From Azolla caroliniana (lineage: Eukaryota; Plantae; Polypodiophyta): a stretch of 64,000 nt of DNA. The notes under the pieces were generated by a model. It was not told the DNA's origin, searched no databases, and saw only the letters and a list, made by a program, of their open reading frames with translations. A program made the translations under genes and the position numbers. This document shows positions 28,102-42,499 of this stretch, piece after piece. Location: the NCBI GenBank assembly GCA_043228905.1, contig JBHGNT010000021.1, positions 682,001 to 746,000 on the forward strand, written 5' to 3'. How positions within the stretch are numbered: the first letter of the stretch is position 1; each line of letters begins with the position of its first letter.

Positions 28102-28477
28102 AGCTCCGATCTTACTCCTCTACCTCTGGGAGACTAGAGGAAGATATATTCGTACAGCTTCTTCTTCTTCTCTGTGCTTCAAATCCTGACATGTTCGGCC
28201 TTTTCAGTTGCCATGGCCTTTCTTTCCTCCTGATTGGGTTGGGGAAGGAGGAGCCTGAGGAGGAAAGAAGAGGGATGGATGGAACCCTACAAGATGGAGG
28301 GGAGGGAGGGAGGGAGGGGAGGTTCTAAAATAGGGGCGATCGAATGAATCCCTTCCTCTGGAAGGAGAGATGGAGATGGAGATGGAGATGGAGATGGAGG
28401 GAAAAGAAGAAGAAGTGTGGGACACAGACAAATTTGGAGAGGAATAGAACGTTTGAATTTGGGGAAGTATAACATGG

Positions 28478-28522
<45 letters not shown>

Positions 28523-28907
28523 GAAACGGGCATGGAAATGGGCATGGGCATGGACATGGGCATGGGCATGGGCATGGGCATGGACATGGGCATGGGCATG
28601 GAAACGGGCATGGAAATGGGCATGGGCATGGACATGGGCATGGGCATGGACATGGACATGGACATGGGCATGGACATGGACATGGGCATGGACATGGACA
28701 TGGGCATGGAAACGGGCATGGACATGGGCATGGAAACGGGCATGGACATGGGCATGGAAACGGGCATGGAAATGGGCATGGGCATGGGTATGGGCATGGA
28801 AACGGGCATGGAAAAGGGCATGGGCATGGAAATGGGCATGGAAACGGGCATGGACATGGACATGGACATGGGCATGGAAACGGGCATGGAAATGGGCATG
28901 GGCATGG
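28478..28907 (+). repeat. Hexamer array (ATGGGC)n with ATGGAC / ATGGAA / ACGGGC variants, ~72 units
   Basis: Directly visible; stop-free in several frames (poly-MG/MD, poly-HG, poly-CP, poly-MP ORFs). Confidence 0.97.
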
Positions 28908-31889
28908 AATGGTTGGCCTTTCTTTCTTTCTTTCTTGTTTATGATTCATGAAGAATGGAAGCATACACTCTTGGCCAAGTTATCCCCATACATACATGCA
29001 TACATACATCCAGTGGAAAGTACATGGAATGTCTGGATGGAGATGGTACATACCTTGAAAGGACAGTATGAGGATATTAAAGGTGAGACAGATGTTGCAG
29101 TGTTGCAACGTCTCGAATTTATTGTCTATTGGAAGAAGACCCCTTTTCTCACAATACAAAATTCAAGACCTAAATGGTGCTTAGCGCCACCAGTATGGTT
29201 GTTCCCACCACCAATCACATAACTTGGTGGAGTGGTGAGGGATGGGACCTAAGGAAGAATGCACCAGATCAATGGTAGCTTGATGGTAGGTCAATTTTTT
29301 GTAATGTTGTTCATAACTAATGAAAGGATATTTTTCCCGGGAAAAAAAAAAAAACATATGCCATATAACCAACCCCGTGTTATTGTACCGGGCATCATAA
29401 CTACGTGGTATAATATGAATCTGTAGTTCTCTAACCTCAAGGCCATTGCTACTACTAGGGTATGGGCTACTTCGTAATGAATGAACGAAGAGCGAGGACT
29501 GAATTGTTCTTGATCTTAACCCTATGGTGGTGGGAGACAACTTCTAAGTAACATATTTCATCACTCAACCACGTTTGATGAAGTAGTCGTGTGTGAATAG
29601 GCAAGGGCACAGAGTTTGAGCCTACAAAAGAAGGTTACCTACCTACATTCGTGATGAGACAAAGGCTGCTACTACTACTACAATGAGACTTTGTCGGTGA
29701 CACGAAGTGTGATCCTCTTTTAAACCCAAGGTATGGTCCATGTCTGTACATGGTGGTATGGGATGTTGACAAGCGACTTGGTTTTGTCTGTCTCTCACCT
29801 TTTTCCAGTAAGTGATCAATGAGCCTATGACCTTGCAAGTATTAAATGACATTCTTACAAATCCCACCTTCCCACTTGTGTGTGCATGTCTACATATCCT
29901 TGAACTTGTGGTCAGTGAGCCAATAACCTCACAAATGTTTTCATCTATAAGAGTACTCTATTTTTTTAGCCTTCGTTTGCAGGTACCGATGTATGATTCT
30001 CTAACATCATGGACGTGTTTATGTTTCTAATGATGTAGCTTGTAAGCGTCCATAGTGTTGCTTTCATACGATGAACATGCTTCCATGAAGATGGCTTCCC
30101 GCTTAGTAACATGATAGAGTTGAAAAGTGTGTTGCTACCATCAATTATGAGCAAGATTCGTTTTAGTATATTGTTTTATATATAATGTCATGGTGCATGT
30201 TACATTTGAGCCCTTGGGTTAAACCTCGTGTCTGACATTCACTACAAAATAATGCGCAGTACTCATTGTGATGTTTGCTTGCCAAAGCTTTGCTAAGTCT
30301 CGTAGAATTACTAGATGAGAAAGTAAAACATAAAGAAAAACACTCTATGGTGTATATAAGCTAGAACTAGTTAAAGGATGCAATTTGACCTTTGAAGTCT
30401 AAAGTGTCTACATTTTTTCTCATATGCACGAAGAAGAGATTGGAAGAAACATAGCATTTGAGATATTATCGTTTGAGAAGGATTGATATTGAAATACGCC
30501 ATGAAACATTATTTGTGTATAATTTTTGACGGATCGATATAGTATGTAAGATAGAGGGTGGCAATGACAATGAGCTCAATTAAAATGCGAGACAACTACC
30601 AATTTCGGAATATCTCTATCACAAGCGTACAAGTGTCCTTTATTGTGCTCTTTCACACCTATCGTGGTGGGCTTTGAAGTTATGCAATCATATTTCAAAC
30701 ATCAAATCACACCTTGCATCTTGGACCAAATATTAGTGGCCTACACATGATCAATTTGAGTGTCATGCATCACATTCTTTTGGATCATTGCTAAATGTAC
30801 TTGAAATATGAAAATGTTTAAATGCACACTGGAGGTATGGAATGTGGGCATGACGATAAGGTCATCCTCAAATGTAAATGGGATAAACGTGAAAAAGTTT
30901 TTATTTACCGTGTGCATGTTTGGTAAGCAATCATGTAGGGATAGGTATGTTTGTCATTCACTACGAGACATGCATAAAGTTTTAGGATATATAAGTAGGT
31001 ACAGATGCCATAAATTAAAGGAATTAGTTAAAGGCATTTTGAGGATCATATAATTAGTGAATGAGTGGTTGCAAACGGTACAATATCGTTATTTGATGGG
31101 ATTCGCAAAGGGGTGGTTGGTATGGTTCTAAACACCATTAGACCATTTTTTTTCTTAATCATTTCATTAACTGCTTATCAATAGTATTCAATTATTATAG
31201 TTTTCTATCATTGAAAAGGATGAGAGCTTAGTCGTACCAAAGTGATGGTTGACAAATGTATGCGCTCTAGCATATATGGGTCACATATGGTTTAATGTTG
31301 ACATAAAGCAAGAAGATGGTGTTGATATATTTTCGTCATTGGGAGGCAAGTAATATGACCTATGGATCCACATAGTGTGTCTTTTACGTTCTTGTTGATG
31401 CTCATCGGTCAAGTACATAGAATATATAAGCGACTAGCAATCGAGGGTTAATACGACCAACTGAAAGGAGGTGGGTTAGGTTGATGCATTGGGTGGCAAA
31501 TAATAGAAGACACTCTCTCATATTGTTGTCATCATAATGTCTCGTGCAAAGTTCTCAGTCCTATCCTCAACCTCTTAAATAAACTAGTAGTATGGTGAAG
31601 TATACTTAAATTGCATGCCCTAGTTAAGTCATTATGTGTTACATTCTTAATAATGATATCGTGGTTGCATATGCCAAGGAGAGCGGTTTGTCTCTTCTTG
31701 AAAATGTGGGGGAATGGAGACACACAATATTTTTTGTTATGCATCGTGTCATCCACATTGCAAAATAACTTGTTTTCATGTACAAATCGACAATAGAGTT
31801 TACTAGCAACATTTTTTTAGTATCTTTTGCTAAGTTTAATTACAGGATACATGCATATTGTGAGCAATATACACATAATTGGATTGTGC

Positions 31890-32345
31890 GTAACAATTGG
31901 CAACGGTTCGGTTTGAAACTAGACCGTTTAAATATTTTGAAACTCGAACCGAAACCGTTAAAAAGAGTCCAAACTGTTAAAATCGCGGTTTCGTGGTTCA
32001 GTTTCGATTTTAAACTTAAATTAAAATAATAATAATTATTCATTATTTTAAATCTAAAATTTTCAAAAGTTTAAAGATTTTCCAAAAGTGTGAGAATTAG
32101 GCTTAAAAATGAAAAGATTGTTTAATTATATATATATATATATATACTATATTATTTTTTACATAAAAAAATTATATATATTTTTTTAAATTAGAAAACC
32201 ATTAAACCCTTTAAACCGCAGTTTCTAACCGTTGAAACCAAACCAATCACCCCCAAATCGAAACCGAACTATAAAAGAAAAACTTGAACCATAACTGAAT
32301 TGTTTATACTGTTAAGCTGTTAAGCCACAATTTTGCGGTTCGATT
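31890..32345. mobile_element. Probable non-autonomous hAT-like element (AACCG/CGGTT subterminal repeats, AT-rich core)
   Basis: Clusters of CGGTT/AACCG at both ends around an AT-rich middle; termini not resolved. Confidence 0.45.
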
Positions 32346-34272
32346 GGGTAGGCCACTTGGCATATGTTTTGGAGAACAAGGGACTAGATATTACATGTCA
32401 TCCCACATTTTCTATGCTTATTAGAGATGCGTGATCCACTTTATGATGGTAGTGTGACATGTTTGTATTTTTTTCCAAAAAATAAGATACTCCATTAGTT
32501 AAATACGTCCTTCTCTACATAGCTTTAGCCCCTTTATCGGGTAGTCCTTGCCTAAATTATCCTATCATTCTCAACTACTATATACCCTAACATGTGTGTA
32601 TTCTCTTTCGTACATTCCATGGCTTTGTTGGTGAGTAATTATTGTCTATTTTCATGTGTGTTGCTTATTAGCTTCTCATTCCTCGCATTCCTATTAATGA
32701 AACTAGGTTGAAGATATCCATCATCAATGATCTTTCACCCGATCATTGACGCAACTTAGTGTCTTCTATATATATGTTGCTTATTGTGTTGCAAATATGG
32801 AATTTCTTGAGGTTGACGTAACACATCTATTACTTTCTTTAAAGTATGTGCAATGGGTTAACCAATATGGACTTCATATTTGGAAATTGGAAACTTATTT
32901 TTAAAGATGACACACTGAGTGCTAAAAATAAGGGAGATATTCCAATATAAGATTTGGTTGTAAACTTCACATCACATTAGTGAATGGGGGTGGGACGAAG
33001 ACCTTGTCCATGGGCATGTGCAGATGCACCTCTATTCGTTGGGTGGCAACCTGAAGTATGCAAAGCCTTAGAAATCAATAATAGGAGGGAAAGATAATTC
33101 TCTATGTGAATGCACAAAGTGTAATGCAGGAGATAACTCAAAAACATAGTTGTCATGCGTAAAGGAGATTTTAATCATATAGAGAAGGTGAAGCACAAGC
33201 GTGATATATCTTGATGGAATGTGTAGCATGCTTGCTAATGATTCTTCAAGCTAAAAGCATTTGGTTTGAACATTGCATTTGCACATCATGTTCTAATTGT
33301 GATTTCCCTTCCCAAAGTTTCGTGCTCTACTCTAATGTATATGTTCATTGTTTTATCGCACATATCGATGATTGTGGAAGTATTACATGATATTCATTCA
33401 ATCACTTTGTCCAGTTTTTGTTGGATCTTTCTCATACTCCTCATCCCATATAATCTTGTTATGACATTGTGTTTCTAGAAAGTGTATCGAGGGTAGTTGA
33501 TCTCATGATGAGGTGTTATTCTTCCATGTCACGCAAATGTGGATTGAGCTCCAACTTATATGCAACATACTAGCACACTAAAATATACAAGATGTCAACA
33601 AACTAGACTATTTCTAACATCTTTGGTTTCCCAATGAGATATTGCTTTCATCCACATGGAAAAACTTTTCCACATTGATTTGTGCTATTTTATAGATGGT
33701 GGGAAATCCTTATGTATATCATATAGAATCTGTCTAGGACCTAGGCTTGCTTTGACTTGGATTTTTCAGCCTAAACGTTGATATGGAAATATCAAGCAAC
33801 TTCCAACTCCATTCCCACAAAACGCTTGTGCATACAAGCATTTGACATAAGGTTCAATATACACATCCAATGAGTTTATTTTTTAAATACCTAATATTTC
33901 AATTGGCGAAAAACTTTACTAAAAAGTTACTTTTGAGCTCCATCATCACAATTTATATTGTGTTGTGTTGGGGAAAAGTCATACCAAGTCCCTTCTAACA
34001 CCATATCTTTTATCCATAAATCAAATCCTATGTTTAAAGTCAATGCTCATCTACCTGATGCAAATATTATCTTGGCTATCTTTCAAAACGTTCACTTTCC
34101 TTTCAAGATTTATATGCAGCAATGGGTTTCCATCCACTCGAACAAAATGTAAAGAGGCCTCTCATCAAAGCAATGTTCTATCAAATAGTAATGTTAAAGC
34201 ATGTATCACATTTATGGCATTCGTGTCACTTAACCAACCTCACTCTTTAATATCCTGGAATATCATTAGCGC

Positions 34273-34504
34273 TAGGAATAAACACCGGCTTGGCTCGAAC
34301 CTAAACCGAACTGTTTAACCGTTTATAACAATTTGGTTTAGGCTTGAGCTTCCTTAATTGTTTGAGCTTGGGTTGGGATGGCTCAAGCCGAACCAAACCA
34401 CTTTGGGCTTTAACTAGTTCCTAAATATGTTTATGCTCAACCGGTTTAGGAGCTGGCTCAGTTCAAGTTTGAAAGCTCCCAAACCGGACCGTTGTCGATT
34501 CCTA
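34273..34504. mobile_element. hAT-type MITE
   Basis: TIR TAGGAAT...ATTCCTA, internal AACCG/GGCTC repeats, 8-bp flanks ATTAGCGC / AATAACGC (6/8 match). Confidence 0.65.
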
Positions 34505-35149
34505 AATAACGCCAATGTTAGGAATTGTCCCAACCCCAGATGTTATCATTTTCTACTGGAGCATGAAGTATGTTAGCCTCGTAAGCATGTGACACATTCT
34601 TGCAAACATAAAAAATGTTAACCTATTTTTCAAAACACTATTAATATTCAATATATGATCCATGCAACAAGTTCCCAAAACAAGTGGAAGAACTTATACT
34701 TAGGCAACTATTTAGAAATGGATCGTGGGTCAAACATAAGATTACTTATGATGTTAGGGTTGGTAGCACGAAAGGTGATATGTTCAATTCGTGCTCACAA
34801 CATGAAAATTGCAAATCCTATACAATATTTAAAACAACTATGGTGAACTATCAACTTTCTACTATATTTAAACTAGCAAGCATACACGTGTGATATTGTG
34901 TGCATACTTTACAAAGTAAATGGTAGGGAAAGGTCTTGCATAACATGGAAAATACAATTTACTTTATAGATACAACTCTAGGAGATAGAAAAATGAACAA
35001 AAGAAATCGTTCATCCAAACATATATTTGAGAAGAAATGCCTATATTACCAGTGAACAACACCATTGGGATAGTGTTGACCTTGTGTGAATAATAAATAA
35101 TAGGTGGAGCTTCAGAAGTGATTAGGACAAAGCGTTGGTCCAAAATTCT

Positions 35150-35460
35150 CTCTAAGAAAAAGCATATGTGGTGATGTTTTTTCTATCGACCTTTCTACAA
35201 TCCAGGGACTTATAATGAAGTTATTAACATTTTCCGATTAGAATCGATATTTCTTACCCAGATCTGTTGTCCCCTCCTTTGATAGACTTTATGAGTAAGC
35301 TATTTTTTATTGCGAGTGTTATCAAGTTTTCAATAAAATCTCATCGAAGTTTTCAAATATCCTAGAATCATTGGTTTCTTGTGGGAAAATATTTTAAATT
35401 CAAGCATATTGATTGTGGTATGATTTAGCTAAGATATAAAACACCGTGTTCATCGTGTAC
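35150..35460 (+). mobile_element. Possible highly decayed L1 RT relic
   Basis: YRP..IQGLIMKLL..LPDLLSP remnant resembles L1 RT domain 1-2; many lesions. Confidence 0.3.
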
Positions 35461-36455
35461 ATTCTCATTGTAAGACCAAATTCCCCAAAACGTGGGTGTG
35501 GCAAATTGTGGATTGATTTTTGGCTGTGGTAGAACGTCGGACTAAATCAACATTGGAGATTGAATTTCCCAATAGTCGAGGCTAAGATGGTACAAAAAAC
35601 AGCCAATGCCTATAGAAACCTCAACCATTGACATAAATTTCTTCAAAAGAAGATTCAAAGTGTTGATGTGGTAACGTGTCATACTTGATTTAGGGAACCA
35701 CACATGTACTCGGAGAGGAGATTGAAGTTCTCGTATTTTGATAGAATTCCTTACTAATTTTGGAGGCCATGAAGGTTGAATGGAAGATCACATAGATACC
35801 CATTGGCAGCCAAAATCCAACATACAGAACCATCACATATTGATGAGAGTCTAGAGAGATGACGTTAGATGTTGGAATATTACACGACAAGGACGTGTAA
35901 ACAGACATATCAACGATACATGCACGACATACGTAGCGATGACCTCAACCAGAAGAAGAGTACTCGATATCGTATCGTGTTCACATTGATCACCGATCGG
36001 ATGAAATGTGGGCGACAGACGCATAGAGAGAGTCGAAATGGTGCGGACCAAATGGTCAGACAACGAATTGTTGTTAGCAAAGAATATAGATCAAATTTGG
36101 GGGGTGGGAGGGAAAGCAAGATTCAAAAGAGGGGAACAAAACTGGTGGCAAAATAAGTGATGAAATCATGGAGGAGATCACTCCCCTTCTCTCACCCAAT
36201 TACCCCTACCCCTACCCCTACCCCCCCCAACCCAACCCAACCAAAAATAAAAATAAAAATAAAAATAAAAATATTAATTCAAAATTTCCTTTATATACAA
36301 AAATAGCCCAACAACCTTAACCCCCATTCCTGAACTGTTTGTGCCTCCCCTGCTGCACTACTCCCCCACCTTCCTCTCAGTATATATGTATGTATGTATG
36401 TATGTGCTTCCCCTGTATCATCATCAACTGCCAAGACTCAAGACCCAAAGCTTTA

Positions 36456-39400
36456 ATGGAGTCCTTGGATTCAACTAGTAGTGACACTCACTCATCACCC
36501 ACCATTAAAACAAGCAATACCTTGGAGCTACTTTCTTCATGTACAAGCACACGCACAAGCCTTAGTTGTCCCAGTACTAGTACGAGTAGAAGCTCTTCAG
36601 GTGATCTGTCGACTTCTTCTTCTTCTTCGCCGTCGTCGCGAGCAGGGGTCGCATGGCGGGACTTGCGGGTGACCGTACAAAGCTCAAGGAAGCAAGCTCG
36701 GGTTTTGTTGCATGGGCTGAGTGGCTATGCAGAGCCGGGGAACATCCTTGCCATCATGGGCCCATCTGGCTCGGGGAAATCAACGCTGCTCGATGCTCTT
36801 GCAGGTCAATCTTATAAGTGCATCAGTAGTATTGTCTTCATAGCGTGGATGTGGTGCGTGTATGGATGGATCCATGTGAGGATGCATGAGTGTGTGTACA
36901 TACCTTTGTCGGCATTGATTTGTGGATGTATGTATATAAGTATGTATGTAATTATGCGTGAATTCCTGGATGTATGTATGTGTCGATTAGTTTGATATTG
37001 ATGTATTTTGCATGAATGTATCTTGCACTGGTTTTGTGTGCATGTATGAATGTATGTAGCGTTGAGTTTGTATGTATGTATGTATGTATGTATGTATGTA
37101 TGTATGTATGTATGTATTTATGCTTGTGTATGGATGTATACAGAATTAATTTTTTGTATCAGATTTAAGGGTCACTCAATATATTAGCTTCTCCTAATTT
37201 ATAAACATGAGGTGCTTCGATCTGATGGTGGTGAAGTGTTGATATCACAGGGAGGCTTGGGAAGTGTGCTAGACTGAGTGGCGAGGTTTCTGCATGTACG
37301 GGGTCAGGGAAGAAGAGCTCATCACATGGCAAGGGAATTGTGAGTGAACTTTATTCAATCACACATAAATGATTCAGCTCATTCATATATATATCAAGAA
37401 ATTTTATACATTTCCTGTTTGGATTATGATCTCTTAACATTATGAACTTCTGTGCGGAAGCTCATTATGTTGAATTCCATAGGGAAACACTACTGGAAAG
37501 TCACATGGAAAATGCATTTCCCCACACCAGAGAATCCCTCCTCACATGCAGAAAAATGTATTTCTCTGGAATTCCTACACATGGGATGATACATTCTGGC
37601 ACATCAGGAGAATGGCCTTCCCAAAGAGGAAAGTGCTTTCTGGAGCTTTGGAAACTTGCATTTCGTATATAGGAGAATGAATTTCCGATACTGGGTAGAT
37701 GTTTTCTGGAGTATCGGAAAATCACATGCCCTACATGGGAGAATGCACTTATCAGCAGTTAGCTACATTTCCAACATTGGGAAATGCTTTCAGGGGCATG
37801 GGAAAATTGCATTTTTTACATGGGCATTTTCCAGTGTGTAAAACATCTGGAGTTAAATATACACGTGCACAAAGATCCATTGTTGTTCCCCCTAATCATT
37901 GGTCAGTATTTGTTAGGCATATGTAACACAAGACGATACATTGTTGGGGACATTGACGGTGCGGGAAACAATAATGTACTCTGCTAGTTTACGCCTATCA
38001 GGACAAATGGGGAAGGAGGAAAGGGAGGCACTAGTGGAGAAGACAATGGAAGAGATGGGTTTACGGGAGAGCGCAGATACCCCGGTGGGAAACTGGCATT
38101 TGCGAGGGTTGAGTGGCGGTGGAAAACGGCGTGTAAGCATAGCTTTAGAGATTCTCACTCGCCCAAAGATCCTCTTTCTGGATGAACCCACAAGTGGCCT
38201 TGATAGGTATGTATATCTGGCTATCTATCTATCTATCTATCTTAAGAACTTTTCACCACTGGTACCGTAGGAGACAATCCATTTATGTTGGGCATGTCCA
38301 AGTTCTAATCCAGGACATGGCAGGATGAACCTATCCATCTATGTTTTTTCTCCTTGATTTAATTGGACATTATTTCTATGTGTAGTGCCTCTGCTTTCTT
38401 TGTGACTGCAACCCTCCGTAGTCTGGCACACGAAGGAGAGCGAACACTCATTGCCTCAATTCATCAACCAAGCACTGAAGTTTTCTCTCTCTTTGACTCC
38501 CTCTTTCTTCTCTCAGGCGGCCGAACTGTCTACTTTGGTGATAGAATACTTGCTAGCGAGGTAACAACACTTATATCGTTTTGGTCACTCATTTTATTAA
38601 TCTCTTGATAGACAACAAAAATCTCACTCGTATCTTCATCATGAAATGTATATAGCATTTTGCCAATGCTGGCTTCCCCTGTCCGCAACATGGAAATCCA
38701 TCAGATCATTACCTTTGCTCCATCAATTCCGACTTTGACAGTGTGAGATCGTCGTTTCCAATGGTGGGTTCTCTCTCATAAATTTCATAGAGCCATATGA
38801 AGTACTCCTACCAGTATAAGATATGTATACGTATATGTGTGTGTGTGTATGTGGACGATGGACAAATAATTTAATTCAACGATTGTAGAAATTGGATGTG
38901 GAGACTGGTTATCACCTTGAGAGCCTAAGCTCAACTCAAATGACCAACATACTTGTGGATCGATATGCGAAATCTAAGTTTTTTGAGGTTGCAAAAGCAC
39001 GAGTTGACGACTTCTTTTCTCAACAAGGTCGCCAGGTACCTACACAAACAATGCCTCAAGTGTGATCAATCTAGGTCTCATGCTGCAATTTGTGTCTACA
39101 TTTACATACTCAGGTTATATCCTATCGAGTTCTTAATAATGTATACTGATCGTGATCTGACTTGCTATCGGAATTGTGTCAGAAAGCAAATGGAATTGAT
39201 CGAAATGAAACCAGACCTCCAAAGGCTTCTTTTCTAATTCAAACATCGGCACTAACACGGAGGTCATTCATAAACATGAGGCGAGACATTGGATATTATT
39301 GGCTTCGTCTTGCGATATATATTGTGTTGACGACGTGCATTGGCTCCATCTACTTCAACATCGGAACTGCATATCAATCCATTATGGTGAGAAAAATACA

Positions 39401-40834
39401 ATCTCAAGAGTCACAATTTAAAGCTTAGCATCTGTTTATATATGCAGTTAAATCGAGTACCACTTTTTTATAAGAAATTCTTTCATTAATTAATTATTTA
39501 GGCCCGAGCATCATGTATATCGTATGTCACGGGGTTCTTGACATTTATGTCAATTGGAGGATTTCCATCTTTTATAGAGGATATGAAGGTAAGATTCTTA
39601 ACAAAATTAGCTTTTTGAGTGAAAACACATGTCATTATTATGTTCCATCTTCCTACAGATTTTTTTTAATAAAATCGTAATAATTTTATATGCTTCTTTT
39701 GGTGTTTTTAATGCAAAACTAGGTTTTTTCTCGCGAGCAATTGAATGGTCACTATGGGGTTGTCCCATTTGCCTTGGCTAACTTGTTGTCAGCGTTGCCA
39801 TTCTTGGGTCTTATTGCAATTATATCAAGCTCCATTTGCTACTATCTAGTAGGTTTACACCCAGGTTTCAGCCATTTCATCTACTTTGTGCTCTGCCTTC
39901 TAGCATGTCTTGCAGTCGTCGAGAGCCTCATGATGGCAGTTGCTAGTGTTATTCCCAACTTCCTAATGGGGATCATCACCGGAGCTGGCATCCAAGTACG
40001 TATATACATGTCTTTTTTTATGATGGTACTACCAACTTAAGGTCGTAATGTTTGCATTTGGGTTATCGATGGTGTGAGCAGGGTATTTTCATGTTAGTAG
40101 CTGGATTCTTTCGGTTGCCAAATGATATGCCGAAACCGATCTGGAGATATCCAATGTCATACATGAGCTTCCATATGTATGCCATGCAGGTCAGTGCAAA
40201 TTAGGGTATAAGCTTCATGTCTTATGTGTATTTAGTCTCAAGGTTCATTCCCATGCTTGTAGGTCTCTAAACCCCAACATCACTTCCCCCCTAGATTATT
40301 TGAGACAAATTTCCTGATATATTACATCTGATCTAGCCATTTTACTATAATTTGATTTTGGTTAGTTCTCAATACATGTGTGGTCTTAATCAATGCCTTA
40401 AAATGTACTAGTTATATATACTCATTAAACAGTTTTGTGTTGTGTAGGGTATGTATCAGAATGATTTTCTCGGATTGAACTTCGGGAGCTTGGGGTCAGG
40501 GGCATGGCCAGCTCCACCAATTGAAGGGAAAATGATTCTGACAACTATTTATGATGTAGACCTATCAAGGTCCAAGTGGTGGGATCTTGCAGTATTGGTA
40601 GTCATGGTAGTAGGCTATAGGATCCTCTTTGTGTTGATGGTGAAATTGTCAAGGGCCTACAACATGTGGAGGCGAACTGTCAGTGTGGGTGTACCATCGA
40701 CAGCCCCCACTAGCACATTTCCTTCTGAACCGGCATCCGTGCAGGAATTGGAATCTGCATCAGCATCCTGTGTGCAGACACCCTATCCGGATCTTCGCCC
40801 ATCATTGTTTTTCCTCCAAGACTCATCACATTAA
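36456..40834 (+). CDS. ABCG (WBC) half-size ABC transporter, ABCG11/12/15-like, 11 predicted exons
   Basis: Predicted exons 36456-36804, 37251-37339, 37917-38206, 38386-38560, 38656-38763, 38889-39035, 39183-39386, 39502-39588, 39723-39995, 40082-40189, 40448-40834. Motifs: Walker [103 protein letters not shown]. Confidence 0.94.
37445..37852. repeat. Internally repetitive MITE-like segment in ABCG intron 2
   Basis: Recurrent GGAAAATGCATTTCC / GGGAAATGC / CATTTTCCA motifs; weak end match AACTTC...GGAGTT. Confidence 0.35.
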
Positions 40835-41189
40835 TTTATGCCCAACTATCTGCCAAAATCCAATTCAATAGCGAAAGAATTAACGACACATATATTCCTT
40901 GTTCTGAATTTCAGTAACAATAATCCTTAATTGGCCAATACTACATCAGTGAATGATCTATATCCATGCCTCCCTGAACATTAATCTATTCATTGCCTAT
41001 CCCCATCAATTTAAAAAGAGAATGTAATGATACATACATACATATATATATATATATACTCCATTACAGTTAATTCAAAGGAAAACCCACTATTCTATTA
41101 ATTCAGCCATTAATTAATTACTGATTGTAATATTTTTCAATAACAAGATTTCCATTTATTGCAAATTGATGGTATGAGCAATGCTATAT

Positions 41190-41194
<5 letters not shown>

Positions 41195-41260
<66 letters not shown>
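41195..41260 (+). repeat. (AC)n microsatellite
   Basis: About 33 perfect AC units. Confidence 0.97.
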
Positions 41261-41263
<3 letters not shown>

Positions 41264-42499
41264 AATGCTGATGTCTCTAATGGTCGGAAAGGAAAATGAT
41301 TCATTGATTAATTGTACACCCATTTATATTTCCTCATTCCCTTTAACCAAGGTCTCTGTCGTAAAACCATGGTGTATCATTAGTGACATCAAATATGAGT
41401 AGTTCCGCACACCTACCTATGTGTAAATGGATTGTGTCTCAAGAAAAGTTATGCTAAAATTTTCAAGTATTGAACCTCAATCACCATTGGCACGCCCTTG
41501 TGGGGGAAGGAAATATGCAAAGTGTTTTGCAAATGGGTAAGGAAACCATTGTCAAGGGAGTCTCATGTAAAAAGTATCTCCCATGTTCTAATTCTCTGGT
41601 TGAGTATCGGGCCTATATAGAAAGTGATTGCAAGCTTAATGTCCTCGCTCATTGTGTTGCCCTAAAACAATTTGTATAACACATCTCTGTGCATATACAC
41701 ACAACATGCCTAAATAAATTTACCAGCTAGTGATTCAATATCCATATTTGTGTCATTTGCCATATTTATGAATCCACCACATTCTTTTTCATGTGTGAAA
41801 TAATTGGAAACTATGAGGGAAACAACACACTTCAAGGATTTCAATAGTACCTTTTTACATGTTTTATTCAAGTTTAACATCCATATCCTATGTACTAAAA
41901 CGAGCCCATGGGGCTCCTAAAATCTATACTTTTTCGTAGAGCACATCAACATAACCATTTCCTCATTCGAGCACATTGGTATATATGTCCTATGTGCTCA
42001 AATGATTTGTGTCTATTGTGATCCGAAACATGAACCCACCACCATTGGGAAACTTGGGATGAACTCCCTAGAAATACACTTTAATGAGCACATCAAGATA
42101 ACCATTTCCTCATTTGAGCACATTGGTAAATATGTCCTTGAGCAAAGCTTACCATTGATGGTAGCTAAGAGGAAACATGCTTCTAGAATTGTAAACTGAG
42201 ATATTTATTTTGGTAGGCAAACAAACCCTAAGCAATCTCATGGTTTAAACATTCTTACTAGTTAGTTCCCTTGTGTTGTGATTTTAGATGATCGTCAAAG
42301 GTGTTTTAACAAGCACTAAGAATGAAACCTTTTCCCCCAAAATCAATAGTTGCAAATATTGCAATTATGAATGGGTACATTAATAGATATTTAAACAATG
42401 ATGTTTGTGTGTTTATGAATAATGTAAATTACCATTGCAAATAATATTAACTTCTGAAGTTGTGTATGATCATGTTTCAAACACTTGTGTTTGTTTTTA

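Noticed and set aside
28204-28964. Poly-MP, poly-CP, poly-HG and poly-MG ORFs
   Set aside because: All are artefacts of a stop-free hexamer repeat, with no independent coding evidence. They would matter only if the cyclin TSS were upstream of the array.
30480-31050. Possible CACTA transposase relic (GSLLNV..LNA-like remnant)
   Set aside because: Similarity too weak to support without a profile search.
41939-42140. ~53-bp direct repeat (41939 and ~42085)
   Set aside because: Isolated intergenic duplication with no further structure.
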